From positions 170,495-234,494 of the forward strand of contig JAJYDF010000001.1 of NCBI GenBank assembly GCA_021777765.1: a DNA stretch of 64,000 nucleotides. The letters run 5' to 3'. Positions 21,501-30,495 of this stretch are shown one piece after another. The stretch comes from Pseudomonadota bacterium. GTDB taxonomy: Bacteria > Pseudomonadota > Gammaproteobacteria > DASZBR01. The position numbers were made by a program, and so were the translations under genes. The notes beneath the pieces are model-generated. The model worked only from the letters and a program-made list of their open reading frames with translations. It did no database searches and was not told the DNA's origin. How positions within the stretch are numbered: the stretch's first letter is position 1; the number at the start of each line of letters is the position of its first letter.

Positions 21501-21936
21501 GATTTTTGTATATTGGCGATGAAAATATAACTGGATTCAAATTTAAATCTGATATGGGTAGTGGAAATATTGAGTAAGGATTAAAAGAGTCAGTAGCTGG
21601 ACTTATAATAAGATAATCTGCGAGGTTTAATAGCAATTCTCTTGGAAGAATCTCAGTATAAAAGCGCGGTAATGTCGACTGCGTTTCAATTATTGTCACT
21701 CGCAATTTATTACTTGGTTGAGCTATCGGCTCTATTTCTTTTTCATCAGCAGGATTATTTTCTGCGGATAAATCTGTCTGTTGATCTTTAGTTGAAGGAT
21801 CGATGGCTTCAGTTGATTGAGCTATTGGCTCTATTTCTTCTTTATCAGCAGCTTTATCTTCTGCGGGTAAATCTGGCTGTTGATCTTTAGGTGTAAGGTC
21901 GAAGGCTTCTGTTGGATCAATCATGAGAGATTCCAT
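18592..21936 (-). CDS. Large (1114 aa) hypothetical effector-like protein with N-terminal tandem repeats
   Basis: Long uninterrupted ORF; N-terminal Pro/Asp/Glu-rich ~35-aa repeat x2; no signal peptide. Confidence 0.55.
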   Translation of the reverse strand: MESLMIDPTEAFDLTPKDQQPDLPAEDKAADKEEIEPIAQSTEAIDPSTKDQQTDLSAENNPADEKEIEPIAQPSNKLRVTIIETQSTLPRFYTEILPRELLLNLADYLIISPATDSFNPYSIFPLPISDLNLNPVIFSSPIYKNHMMEKLLSLPSLLPEFRHKTIQIRNHLRIPDVIVNRDNRPSTSMVIQPQIDDEQSNNKQTNLNDKNKNVDNNLSITNTLPMEPTSSADYFTPSPIDEKLNNTQNNLNTLLMLSYNIASPEAQLAVIEKAFSQQCQHYIDMLRHKQRSIINHREFLELGKILTCDIYQSNFEQIPALEYVVSTNNIKFFDAICSSLMQVIYENSKNKSHQENNKEHDLLSDFFKNYNRFIIIYTKILDIILYQRNAFFMQWIIENLYTYKIDYLTRYIEISLDNNILQKFSADILKNYTTYALDLSYAINAAAIQIPDNKFVTELKVKHGLPSKTQFQRVRKTIMALLFRIMPLYENDSQSSKLKYVISISLNDCESAIDFIFSIRSEVYTAEKKLQDMLLAFIGYTTGQKRVELIQYAMTSYQLLPHSLQLHQFIDFNTLDIILLIYMHIQHDYDQKKLQLFTYLVNEYFRLNNLNNNAEETLKTIIYAGTNGSEYGKIFLNNNQLKIWFENNLTTENAGFYLIAASIRGSFDIVSAILDLQRKSQNFPINRQLYLYTLHAALQKNHSIVCRLLIDSLDFYFVKGSDFYLSISGDSLNFLKLMFNAIKLNHFDIFDLLYQYAKTRELFEKDLDLYIVRVAIIENEIEVILYFLNKMSDRIEHLLTGFKGDPTMEPIFKLHKFLITQPSILKLSFLLDNFELEECINLFINVLKADNIQTIVFPYLTAILTDKFPLVKLKLDKFIHALLDTDRLRDYRPPLITLLNIIQIKYPELVRKYHQKFPGINREATHTNSLDGNSIKLNQFASYLHESNTITFDHHINHWLQEKIDRIASLQDELNELDKEWREKLKKQYFEFADEAHQHGTQDMPQYMRLYQQISSTILNELYQNDADDDESFFPEDMPRTPTERTPSALLLSQHSVFSTSPNFDEDHIAAIALGLYENSEANLHDQEPVSSVASDADTDYLDQESDSSNKLNR
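21717..21920. repeat. Two ~102-bp tandem repeats inside the 5-prime end of the 1114-aa ORF
   Basis: agctatcggctctatttctt... and agctattggctctatttcttc... ~85% identical, adjacent. Confidence 0.75.
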
Positions 21937-22022
21937 TATTTTAAAGTGAGTCGATAGGATAACAGATTTAAATTAAGAGATTATTAACAGAGATACTCAT
22001 TTTATGAAATTGCAGAATCGCG

Positions 22023-22523
22023 CTAAGCTATTTTACATCTATCAAATACAGCATTTATTTGATCATGTGTAAATCCACGATATTCTAAAAAACGCATTTG
22101 TCTGGTGCGCATACTAAAATCTTTCGGTATTGTTGTGCCAAAACGTTTTTTCCTCACGGAAATAATTAATGTGGACCATTCATTTTTCATATTTTCGATA
22201 ATTTCATCTGCGATTATTTTTGCAACACCGCGATGATGTAATTCATTTTGAATGCGTACTGGACCATAACCGCGATTGCTGCGCATTCGTACATAGCTTT
22301 CGGCGAAGCGAGCATCATCTAATAATTTTTCATTTTTTAATTTCTCGAGGACAGTAATGATGGCATTTTTGTTTTCAGATTTGGTGAGTAATTTTTGTTG
22401 TAATTCCCAATAACTGTGTTCGCGTCGGGCGAGGGTTTTTAAGGCGAATTGACGTAGGGATTTTGTTTCTTTTACGAGAGGGGATTCTTGGGGATTGTTT
22501 ATAGTAGTAGAGGTGTTGTTCAT
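22023..22523 (-). CDS. recX: Recombination regulator RecX
   Basis: RecX three-helix repeat similarity (…LRQFALKTLARREHSYWELQQKL…VRIQNELHHRGV). Confidence 0.85.
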   Translation of the reverse strand: MNNTSTTINNPQESPLVKETKSLRQFALKTLARREHSYWELQQKLLTKSENKNAIITVLEKLKNEKLLDDARFAESYVRMRSNRGYGPVRIQNELHHRGVAKIIADEIIENMKNEWSTLIISVRKKRFGTTIPKDFSMRTRQMRFLEYRGFTHDQINAVFDRCKIA

Positions 22524-22585
22524 GGATTTGAGATTCCCTTATTCTTTAAAAGGAACAATGTAAGGTGGATTAGACCGCAGGCCAC

Positions 22586-22620
22586 TATTTCCTTCTCCCG
22601 CAAGCGGGAGAAGGAAATAA
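22586..22620 (-). terminator. Perfect 16-bp-stem palindrome between recA and recX (tatttccttctcccgc aa gcgggagaaggaaata)
   Basis: Read directly; lies in the 112-bp recA-recX spacer; related to repeat family 2 core. Confidence 0.5.
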
Positions 22621-22635
22621 GCGTGATCTACTAAA

Positions 22636-23682
22636 TTAAAGCCCAACTTCTTCTGGTTCAGCTTCATTCTCAGCATCCACATTAGGCAATGGTTTAGTCA
22701 TTAATTGCGCGCGAATTTGTTTCTCAATTTCTTGCGTTATTTCTGGATGTTCACGCAAGAACTTACGCACATTTTCTTTACCTTGACCAATACGGTTGCC
22801 TTTGTAACTATACCAAGCACCTGCTTTTTCAATTAAATTAATTTGTGCGCCTAATTCAATAATTTCACTATCGCGAGAAATACCACTGCCATAATAAATA
22901 TCGAATTCAGCTTGTTTAAACGGTGGTGCCACTTTATTTTTCACGACTTTTACGCGCGTTTGGCTACCCACCACTTCTTCGCCTTCTTTAATTGCACCAA
23001 TACGACGAATATCTAATCGTACTGAAGCATAGAATTTTAATGCGTTACCACCAGTGGTTGTTTCAGGATTACCAAACATAACACCAATTTTCATACGAAT
23101 TTGGTTAATGAAAATCACCAATGTATTAGAACGTTTAATATTACCGGTTAATTTACGTAACGCTTGCGACATTAAGCGCGCTTGTAAACCCATATGTTGA
23201 TCGCCCATTTCACCTTCAATTTCAGCGCGTGGTGTTAATGCAGCCACAGAGTCAACTACCACGATATCGACAGCACCGGAACGGACTAACATATCGGCAA
23301 TTTCTAAAGCTTGTTCACCGGTATCAGGTTGCGATACTAATAAATCATCCACGTTTACGCCTAATTTAGCAGCATAAACAGGATCTAAAGCATGTTCAGC
23401 ATCCACAAATGCAGCAGTGCCGCCTTGGCGTTGTGCCTCAGCGATAGCTTGTAAAGTCAAAGTTGTTTTACCAGATGATTCAGGCCCATAAATTTCAACG
23501 ATACGGCCTTTGGGTAATCCGCCGCCTAAAGCCAAATCAAGGCTTAATGAACCGGTTGAAATTGTTTCTACAGGGACAATATTACTATCGCCGAGTCGCA
23601 TTAAAGATCCTTTACCAAATTGACGTTCAATCTGACTGCGTGCTGCCTCTAATGCTTTTCTTCTGTTGTCACTTTCAGCCAT
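22636..23682 (-). CDS. recA: Recombinase RecA
   Basis: Canonical RecA (GPESSGKTT Walker A etc.); start at [11 protein letters not shown] with AAGGAGC RBS. Confidence 0.95.
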   Translation of the reverse strand: MAESDNRRKALEAARSQIERQFGKGSLMRLGDSNIVPVETISTGSLSLDLALGGGLPKGRIVEIYGPESSGKTTLTLQAIAEAQRQGGTAAFVDAEHALDPVYAAKLGVNVDDLLVSQPDTGEQALEIADMLVRSGAVDIVVVDSVAALTPRAEIEGEMGDQHMGLQARLMSQALRKLTGNIKRSNTLVIFINQIRMKIGVMFGNPETTTGGNALKFYASVRLDIRRIGAIKEGEEVVGSQTRVKVVKNKVAPPFKQAEFDIYYGSGISRDSEIIELGAQINLIEKAGAWYSYKGNRIGQGKENVRKFLREHPEITQEIEKQIRAQLMTKPLPNVDAENEAEPEEVGL

Positions 23683-23788
23683 TGTTCGCTCCTTAAAAAA
23701 TGTAAATGAAGACAGCAATTATCACATAGATATTCGTTCTGTTAAATATGAAATTGCTGCTGTATACGACAAAAATTATTTAATCCAT

Positions 23789-23842
23789 TTTTTTCCTTCT
23801 CCCACTTGTGGGAGAAGGTGCCGAAGGCGGATGAGGGTAATC
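23789..23842. repeat. Repeat family 2 copy (ttttttccttctcccacttgtgggagaaggtgccgaaggcggatgagggtaatc)
   Basis: T-run + ctccc-loop-gggag hairpin + GATGAGGGT tail shared with 36898, 58499, 58578(rev), 59625. Confidence 0.75.
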
Positions 23843-23963
23843 TACAAGAGTGGGAAAAATAACACAGAATTAATTTTTGTCGCGTACAGAGTAAAATTGC
23901 TGCCGTGAGTAAATCATTTTGTTATTATAATATGTTATTGCCTATCATTTTAGGGACATCGGC

Positions 23964-24740
23964 TTGGCTAAATTCAAAGTAAAACATACGCATCTATCAG
24001 GATGGTATACAGAAGTCTTGGGACAAGAATTAGCGCATGCAGAACAAGCAACTATCAATCATTTATTACCCGATTTATTTGGTTATCATTTATTGCAAAT
24101 CGGCAACAATAAATCATTACGTTGGTTATACAAAAGCCGCATTCGTCATCATGTGGGAATAGCGCCTGATACAAAAATGTCACATCATGGATCGTGGGTG
24201 CGGGGTTGGATCGATAACTTACCTTTTCGTCCTGATAGTTTAGATGTCATTGTAATTCCTCATACATTAGAGTTTTGTTCTGATCCGCAATTAGTTTTGC
24301 AAGAAGCAACCAGAGCATTAATGCCTGAAGGAAATATGATTATTTTTGGATTTAATCCCTATAGTTTTTGGGGATTAAGAAGATTATTTCGCAGTCGTGA
24401 TGGATCATTACCGTGGCGAGGCCAATTTATTTCCGCAGGACGCATGCAACAATGGCTTGAAGAAATGGGATGTGTCACTGTTCATAGCGAAACACTCTTT
24501 TTTCGTCCACCCATAAATAATGAATTTTGGTTAAAACATTTACAATTTTTTGAAACAACGGGAAAAAAAATAATGCCTAATATGGGCGCAGTATTTGTTT
24601 TGCAAATTAAAAAACAAGTTGTCACATTAACACCCGTAAAAACACGTTGGTCATTAGAGCCGCTTTTTGAACCCGGTAATTTAGCTGAACCTACCACACG
24701 AATACATAAAGTAAGAATGAATCATGACAAAACCAGTTGA
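23964..24740 (+). CDS. Class I SAM-dependent methyltransferase, YafS-like
   Basis: Similarity and position (immediately upstream of rnhA-dnaQ) as E. coli yafS. Confidence 0.6.
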   Translation: MAKFKVKHTHLSGWYTEVLGQELAHAEQATINHLLPDLFGYHLLQIGNNKSLRWLYKSRIRHHVGIAPDTKMSHHGSWVRGWIDNLPFRPDSLDVIVIPHTLEFCSDPQLVLQEATRALMPEGNMIIFGFNPYSFWGLRRLFRSRDGSLPWRGQFISAGRMQQWLEEMGCVTVHSETLFFRPPINNEFWLKHLQFFETTGKKIMPNMGAVFVLQIKKQVVTLTPVKTRWSLEPLFEPGNLAEPTTRIHKVRMNHDKTS

Positions 24741-25164
24741 AATATTCACTGATGGCGCTTGCAAAGGAAATCCAGGCCCAGGTGGCTGGGGTGCTGTATT
24801 ACGTTATGCCAGTAAAGAAAAATATATGTATGGTGGTGAATCACATACCACAAATAATCGTATGGAATTATTAGCCGCCATTATGGCTTTAGCAGAATTA
24901 AAAAGATCGTGTGATGTGATATTAACAACGGATTCTGAATATTTGCGTAAAGGGATTACCGAATGGATGGATCAATGGAAAAAAAGAGGTTGGCGTACTG
25001 CAGATAAAAAACCTATAAAAAATCAAGATTTATGGCAGAGATTAGATGAATTGGCGCAACAACATCATGTTAAATGGCATTGGGTCAAAGCGCATATTGG
25101 TCATAGAGAAAATGAAATGGCGGATGCGTTGGCGAATAAGGGTATAGCAGAATTAAATAAATAA
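24724..25164 (+). CDS. rnhA: Ribonuclease HI
   Basis: [26 protein letters not shown]…TNNRMEL… canonical RNase H. Confidence 0.95.
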   Translation: MTKPVEIFTDGACKGNPGPGGWGAVLRYASKEKYMYGGESHTTNNRMELLAAIMALAELKRSCDVILTTDSEYLRKGITEWMDQWKKRGWRTADKKPIKNQDLWQRLDELAQQHHVKWHWVKAHIGHRENEMADALANKGIAELNK

Positions 25165-25183
25165 ATTGTTTGAAAAATTAAAT

Positions 25184-25276
25184 GTAGCCTGGGTGAAGCC
25201 AAAGAATATATTATTTAATATCGCATATTAAAATTAACCACAAATATCAATTTAATATTTTGGGCGAAACCCGGGA
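25184..25276. repeat. REPIN half-copy (left TIR + spacer + gggcgaaacccggg)
   Basis: gtagcctgggtgaagccaaagaatat...tttgggcgaaacccggg. Confidence 0.8.
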
Positions 25277-25308
25277 AACAAAGTTAAATTAAATAATGGA
25301 ATAAAACC

Positions 25309-26007
25309 ATGGCACTCAGACAAATCGTATTAGACACCGAAACCACCGGATTAGATCCACAACAAGGTCACCGCATAATAGAAATAGCAGCGGTTGAATT
25401 AGTTGATCGCATATTCACCGGAAAACATTTTCATTATTATTTTAATCCGCAACGTGAAATTGATCCGGGCGCCGTTGCAGTTCATGGCATAACCAGTGAA
25501 TTTCTCGCAGATAAATCATTAATTCAACATAAAATAGATGAATTTATTGAATTTATAAAAAATGCTGAATTGATTATTCATAATGCACCTTTTGATGTGG
25601 GTTTTTTAGATAGCGAATTACAATTAGTTGCTTCACATTTAGGAAAATTAACCGATCATTGCACCGTATTCGATACACTTTTCTATGCCCGTCAACGCCA
25701 TCCTGGCCAAAAAAATAATTTAGACGCCTTATGTAAACGCTATAAAGTGGATAATTCACAACGTAATTTACACGGCGCATTAATGGATGCTGAATTATTA
25801 GCAAAAGTGTATTTAGCAATGACCGGCGGTCAAGGAAGTTTATTTGATGGTGAAAGTGGCGGTGCAAAATCAATACAAATTCATAATAATACATTTAAAG
25901 TTTCAGCTGATCGTAAACCATTAAAAATAATCCGCGCCAATGTTGAAGAAGAAGTATTACATAATGCCCGAATGGACAAATTAATCGCCAATCGCGAAAC
26001 CAAATAA
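25309..26007 (+). CDS. dnaQ: DNA polymerase III subunit epsilon
   Basis: LDTETTGL exo I motif, HNAPFDVGFL, H-x4-D exo III. Confidence 0.95.
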   Translation: MALRQIVLDTETTGLDPQQGHRIIEIAAVELVDRIFTGKHFHYYFNPQREIDPGAVAVHGITSEFLADKSLIQHKIDEFIEFIKNAELIIHNAPFDVGFLDSELQLVASHLGKLTDHCTVFDTLFYARQRHPGQKNNLDALCKRYKVDNSQRNLHGALMDAELLAKVYLAMTGGQGSLFDGESGGAKSIQIHNNTFKVSADRKPLKIIRANVEEEVLHNARMDKLIANRETK

Positions 26008-26013
26008 TCAAAT

Positions 26014-26106
26014 GTAGCCTGGGTGAAGCCAAAGAATAAATTATTTAATATTTCATATTTAAAATTAACGCCAATATCAATTCAATAATTCGGGCGCAAC
26101 CCGGGA
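26014..26106. repeat. REPIN half-copy, ~88% identical to 25184-25276
   Basis: gtagcctgggtgaagccaaagaataaatt...ttcgggcgcaacccggg. Confidence 0.8.
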
Positions 26107-26140
26107 ATCAATCCCACTTAAAGGAAATGGAAAGATACCA

Positions 26141-26752
26141 ATGCCGGAAAAAAAACATCTCGTCTCCAAAAAATTCACAATAACAGCCTTATTAGTATTG
26201 TTATTTGCCTGGATAAACACCGCTCTATTAATGGGCGGCATTAACTATTTTCCTCATGTTGTTAAAAACCCATACTACTCCGGTGTCATGTTAGGCACAG
26301 CCACAAAATGGATTGCATTTTCATTCGTTATCACTATTGTCATTAATTTTATTGCTAATTTCTTCAGAAAAGAAAAAAAACCATTTTCATATATCATGGT
26401 ATGGATATTACTAGCGATATTTATTATCGGCACCATGCTAAATATCATGGAAAAATTAGGCATTGAAGAGCCCGCAGCAAGATATAATTTTATTCAAGGT
26501 TGCATTGCTGATGCTAAAGGAAATAAAGAATATCAAGCATTAAATAAATCCGATCAACAAAAAGCGATGTATAAAATCACCGAATATTGCGCAAACATAG
26601 CAGATGGTTATTTCAAAACCTATGATCAATGTATCGTTAAAATCCATGATCCACTCACCTGTAATAAACAATCATTATTCGCACAATGCATGGCCATGAA
26701 AAACAACGTGAAATTTTGCCAATCATTTACAGCGTCGTATTCGATTAAGTAG
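26141..26752 (+). CDS. Hypothetical membrane protein with Cys-rich C-terminal domain
   Basis: Three predicted TM segments then 8 Cys in last 90 aa. Confidence 0.45.
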   Translation: MPEKKHLVSKKFTITALLVLLFAWINTALLMGGINYFPHVVKNPYYSGVMLGTATKWIAFSFVITIVINFIANFFRKEKKPFSYIMVWILLAIFIIGTMLNIMEKLGIEEPAARYNFIQGCIADAKGNKEYQALNKSDQQKAMYKITEYCANIADGYFKTYDQCIVKIHDPLTCNKQSLFAQCMAMKNNVKFCQSFTASYSIK

Positions 26753-26775
26753 AATTGCAAAATTAATATTAAAAT

Positions 26776-26952
26776 GTAGCCTGGGTGAAGCCAAAAGAGA
26801 AAATATTTTATATAACTGAAGTGTGCAAATCTGCTAATCATTATTGAACCACTGGCGAAACCCGGGTTCCGCCAGTGGTATAAATTATTTCATTCGAATC
26901 AGACAGTGCATTATATTAAATTCATTCTTTATTTGGCTGCGCCCAGGCTACA
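26776..26952. repeat. REPIN/MITE-like element, full copy immediately upstream of the RAYT gene
   Basis: gtagcctgggtgaagccaaa...ggcgaaacccgggttccgccagtgg...tttggctgcgcccaggctaca. Confidence 0.85.
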
Positions 26953-27021
26953 TATTAAATGGTTAAACCCGGGAATAAATCATAATTATTTAAATAACAT
27001 AAAAATAAAAAGGAAGATAAT

Positions 27022-27600
27022 ATGGTCAATTATAGAAGAAATTATCAAGAAGGCAGAGTATATTTTTTTACTGTCACCCTCAAGAACAGACAATCAGATC
27101 TTTTAGTGAAACATATTGATTTGATACAAAACGCTATTCGTGATGTTAAATCAACTATGACATTTAAAACTATTGCTACTGTCATATTACCAGATCATAT
27201 TCACGCATTATGGCAATTACCCATTCATGATTCAGACTATTCAGGTCGTTGGCGTAGTATTAAAAGCCAATTTACTTTCAGCTTAAATAAAATTGGATAC
27301 CAATTAATAAGGGATAAACGTGGGGAATATTGCTTATGGCAAAGGCGGTTTTGGGAACATACAATTAGAAACGATGAAGATTTGCAGAATCATATCAATT
27401 ATATTCATTATAATCCTGTCAAACACGGATTGGTGAAAAGAGTTGTTGATTGGCCTTATTCTACTTTTCATCATTATGTTAAAAAAGGGATATATGAAAG
27501 GGGATATATGAAAGCGATTGGTTTACTGATTTATCACAAAATGAAAATGTTTTTGGATAGTAAAATGAATTTAATAGTTGGTTGTATTATGCAATGTTAA
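27022..27600 (+). mobile_element. REP-associated tyrosine transposase (RAYT; IS200/IS605 Y1 transposase family)
   Basis: HuH motif ILPDHIHALWQLP and catalytic Tyr motif YIHYNPVKHGLV; N-terminus MVNYRRNYQEGRVYFFTVT typical of TnpA_REP; flanked by REPIN copies. Confidence 0.8.
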
Positions 27601-27657
27601 TAATATGAAATATGAGTAGTAATGACATTAATGTTAAATGGTAAATATGAAGGCATG

Positions 27658-27752
27658 TTTCCCGGATTACGCCAGCAGCTTTATCTTGTTCACTCTTAAT
27701 GCGAATATCAACGTTTAAATATAATGCATAATCTGGCTTCATCCAGGCTACA
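27658..27752. repeat. REPIN half-copy (right half) just downstream of RAYT
   Basis: tttcccggattacgcc...ggcttcatccaggctaca. Confidence 0.8.
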
Positions 27753-27802
27753 ATTTACTGCGTCGAATTCAATGAGACTATTATTGAAGGAAGATTAATG
27801 CA

Positions 27803-28141
27803 TTAAGTGTATTTTTTTAAATCTAGTCTCATGATATTTATTAATTTATCTCTTGTTTCTACAGTGTTCGGATGAGTAAAGAGTTTATTGCTCAAGGAGA
27901 TAATTTCATCTGTTGCTATTAATTCTATTTGCTTTTGACAAGATACGACATTTTGTTTTGCTTGTATCGACGGATCGGCAACACATTCTTGATAAGCTTC
28001 AATTAGATTTGAATATTTGATTAATTTTGACTTAAATAAAAGTGTTTTAAGTTCACGATTGGTTCTAAGCCATTCTGAAAAAATTGTTCCGATTCCAATT
28101 CCACCGATTAAAGGCATTACAATCGACAGTATCGCGTTCAT
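27803..28141 (-). CDS. Small hypothetical membrane-anchored protein
   Basis: N-terminal hydrophobic helix; no family recognised. Confidence 0.4.
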   Translation of the reverse strand: MNAILSIVMPLIGGIGIGTIFSEWLRTNRELKTLLFKSKLIKYSNLIEAYQECVADPSIQAKQNVVSCQKQIELIATDEIISLSNKLFTHPNTVETRDKLINIMRLDLKKYT

Positions 28142-28194
28142 ATTAATTCCTTTTTACTTATGAAATTAAAATATCTGCTAATACGCTGTCTAAA

Positions 28195-28506
28195 TTACAA
28201 GATGAAGCCAAGATATTTTAATAAAAGTCCAATAGTTTGTAATTCATGATTCACTTTATCAAATAAGGTTTTATAAAGACTTTGACGATTCAGTTTTTTT
28301 TGATAATTGCGAGATGCCACCTAGTGCTTCTGCGACATTACATATCGCGATCTTTTAGGGCTGCAACATCTCCATCTTCCTGATATTTATCTAGTGTGAC
28401 CTGCAAATAAGCAGATGCTCGTTTTTTGTTGCGTAATTCGCTTAAAAGATATTCTCTGTAATAACTGGTTTGTTGTAAAATTTTATTAATGTTCATCAAT
28501 CGTCTC
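28195..28506 (-). pseudogene. Frameshifted HigA-family (addiction-module antidote, HTH) antitoxin remnant
   Basis: Three consecutive frames give MNINKILQQTSYYREYLLSELRNKKRASAYLQVTLDKYQEDGDVAALKDRDM* / IAICNVAEALGGISQLSKKTESSKSL* / QSLYKTLFDKVNHELQTIGLLLKYLGFIL*, together colinear with ~100-aa addiction-module antidote proteins. Confidence 0.55.
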
Positions 28507-28599
28507 CGTTAGATTAAGCTAATAATTTGATAATCTCTGTAATTACCTAGTGTCAATTGGCTCTGGTAACAATTAATTTGTGATCAAGTTGTTGTAGAT

Positions 28600-28794
28600 G
28601 TAGCCTGGGTGGAGCAATTGATGAAGTTATTTATTTGTTAGAATGGCGATTTATGAATAATTACTATTAGAAACTAAGGCGCAACCCGGGAATTTATATT
28701 TCCTGGGTTACGCCATTGATAAAAAATATTTTATTGTAAACTTCAGGAATTGTAGTTCTTTCATACATCTTCATTTGCTCTACCCAGGCTATAT
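28600..28794. repeat. REPIN/MITE-like element, full copy
   Basis: gtagcctgggtggagcaattga...ggcgcaacccgggaatttatatttcctgggttacgcc...tcatttgctctacccaggctata. Confidence 0.85.
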
Positions 28795-28941
28795 GTTTAT
28801 GAGTATTGCATTATTAAAACGCATAATACGTTAGCTTGTAATAAACAATCAATATTTATTCAATACATACCCTTGAAAAGAAACTAAAAGCTTTGCCAAT
28901 CATTTACAGCGTTTTATTCTGCTCAATAATGTATATCATTG

Positions 28942-30339
28942 TCATCCTACAATCTTCGGTGTTACAAAAATTAATAACTCCTTGCGATCTTTATGGGTAA
29001 CAGAATGTTTAAATATATTACCAATGAGTGGGATACTGCTGAGATAAGGTATGCGTTCAATTTGATTGCGTTGTGTTTCTTCATAAATTCCGCCTAATAC
29101 AATTGTTGCTCCATTATTAATTAATACGTTGGTTTGTATTTCGCGAGTTTCAATAGCCGGCACGCCTTGGACTAATACAGTGCTAGGTTTATCTTGATTG
29201 ACTTGTAATTTAAGGCTGATTTGATTATTGGGATTTATTTGTGGTGTAACGCTTAATCGTAATACGGCTTTTTTAAATGTGACGCTGGTGCCACCATTGG
29301 GTGAAGATTCTTGATAGGGAATTTCTTCTCCCGATAAGATGATTGCGGCTTGATCATTATTGGTCATTATTTTGGGATTAGAAATAATTTCTCCACCGCC
29401 TTCGCTTTCTAATGCAGATAATTCTAAATCTAATAATGTGCTATCGCCTAATGTTGCGATTGCTAATCCAAGTGATCCAGAGCCACCTGGATTTCCTACA
29501 TTAGTTGCGGGTAAATCAATATTTAATTTGCTTAATAAATTATGTGTTTGAGGTGATTTAATATTATTTAATGGACTGGTGACTTTGTCATAAGATTGTG
29601 TCATGCCAAATCGAATACCTAACTCTTGTTCATATTTGGTATCAATATTTGCAATGCGTGCTTCAATTAATATTTGTTTTACAGGAATATCTAATTGTTG
29701 AATGAGTGATTTAATTTGCACAATTTTATCTGGTGTATCTTGTATCCAAATTGTATTAGTTCTTTCATCAGCGCTTACATTACCGCGTGATGATAATAAT
29801 GAATGATTTTGATTTTTTAACAGTGTCGCAATTTGCATTGCTTTACCAAATTGAATGGTAATTAAAGTCGATTGTAATGGCGTTAAATCATTTAATTGCT
29901 GTTGCGCTTGATATTCTGCCACTTCACGTGCAGCAATTTCTGCAATCGGTGCGATGAGTATGACATTGCCTAATTGTTGTTTTGCTAATCCTTGTGTTTG
30001 TAAAATCACTGATAAGGCTTGTGCCCAAGAAATATTATTTAAATGAAGAGTGATATTGCCGTTAACTGTGCCATTAATGATCATGTTTTGCTGTGTTAAA
30101 TCGGCTAAATGTTGTAATAGATTTCGTACCGGGACATTTTGTACATCTAATGAAATTGGTTTTTTAAGGAGTGGGGATAAATCATTTTCGTTAAATGAAG
30201 GATGAAAAATCTGTGCGTTTTGTTTTTGTTGTAAGATTGCAGTGGTTTGTTTAGCGAGTGTGATTGTGGATGAATCATCTGTTGCGTAAATTGAGGGAAA
30301 ATACATAATTAAAAAACCGATTATTATTGTTTTTTTCAC
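28942..30339 (-). CDS. pilQ: Type IV pilus secretin PilQ
   Basis: Signal peptide, secretin C-terminal domain (…IPLIGNIFKH…ELLIFVTPKIV). Confidence 0.9.
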   Translation of the reverse strand: MKKTIIIGFLIMYFPSIYATDDSSTITLAKQTTAILQQKQNAQIFHPSFNENDLSPLLKKPISLDVQNVPVRNLLQHLADLTQQNMIINGTVNGNITLHLNNISWAQALSVILQTQGLAKQQLGNVILIAPIAEIAAREVAEYQAQQQLNDLTPLQSTLITIQFGKAMQIATLLKNQNHSLLSSRGNVSADERTNTIWIQDTPDKIVQIKSLIQQLDIPVKQILIEARIANIDTKYEQELGIRFGMTQSYDKVTSPLNNIKSPQTHNLLSKLNIDLPATNVGNPGGSGSLGLAIATLGDSTLLDLELSALESEGGGEIISNPKIMTNNDQAAIILSGEEIPYQESSPNGGTSVTFKKAVLRLSVTPQINPNNQISLKLQVNQDKPSTVLVQGVPAIETREIQTNVLINNGATIVLGGIYEETQRNQIERIPYLSSIPLIGNIFKHSVTHKDRKELLIFVTPKIVG

Positions 30340-30375
30340 GGTGTTGTCCTTTTTTATTATTTTTAATAGTAAATC

Positions 30376-30485
30376 GTAGCCTGGGTGAAGCCAAACGATG
30401 AATTTGTAATGTGCAAGTCATCTTTTCATCAGTAATTATCATATTAATTTTGATGGCGAAACCCGGGGATCATTATTCCCGATAC
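30376..30485. repeat. REPIN half-copy between pilQ and lpxH
   Basis: gtagcctgggtgaagccaaacgatg...ggcgaaacccgggg. Confidence 0.8.
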
Positions 30486-30495
30486 ATTTTTATAT

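Noticed and set aside
23683-23790. LexA or SOS box upstream of recA
   Set aside because: No CTGT-N8-ACAG palindrome is present. The only CTGT and ACAG words present are in the wrong arrangement. Coxiella-like lineages often lack LexA.
26906-27106. 66-aa ORF upstream of the RAYT gene
   Set aside because: It starts inside the REPIN right arm and overlaps the RAYT start in another frame. It is an artefact of the repeat sequence.
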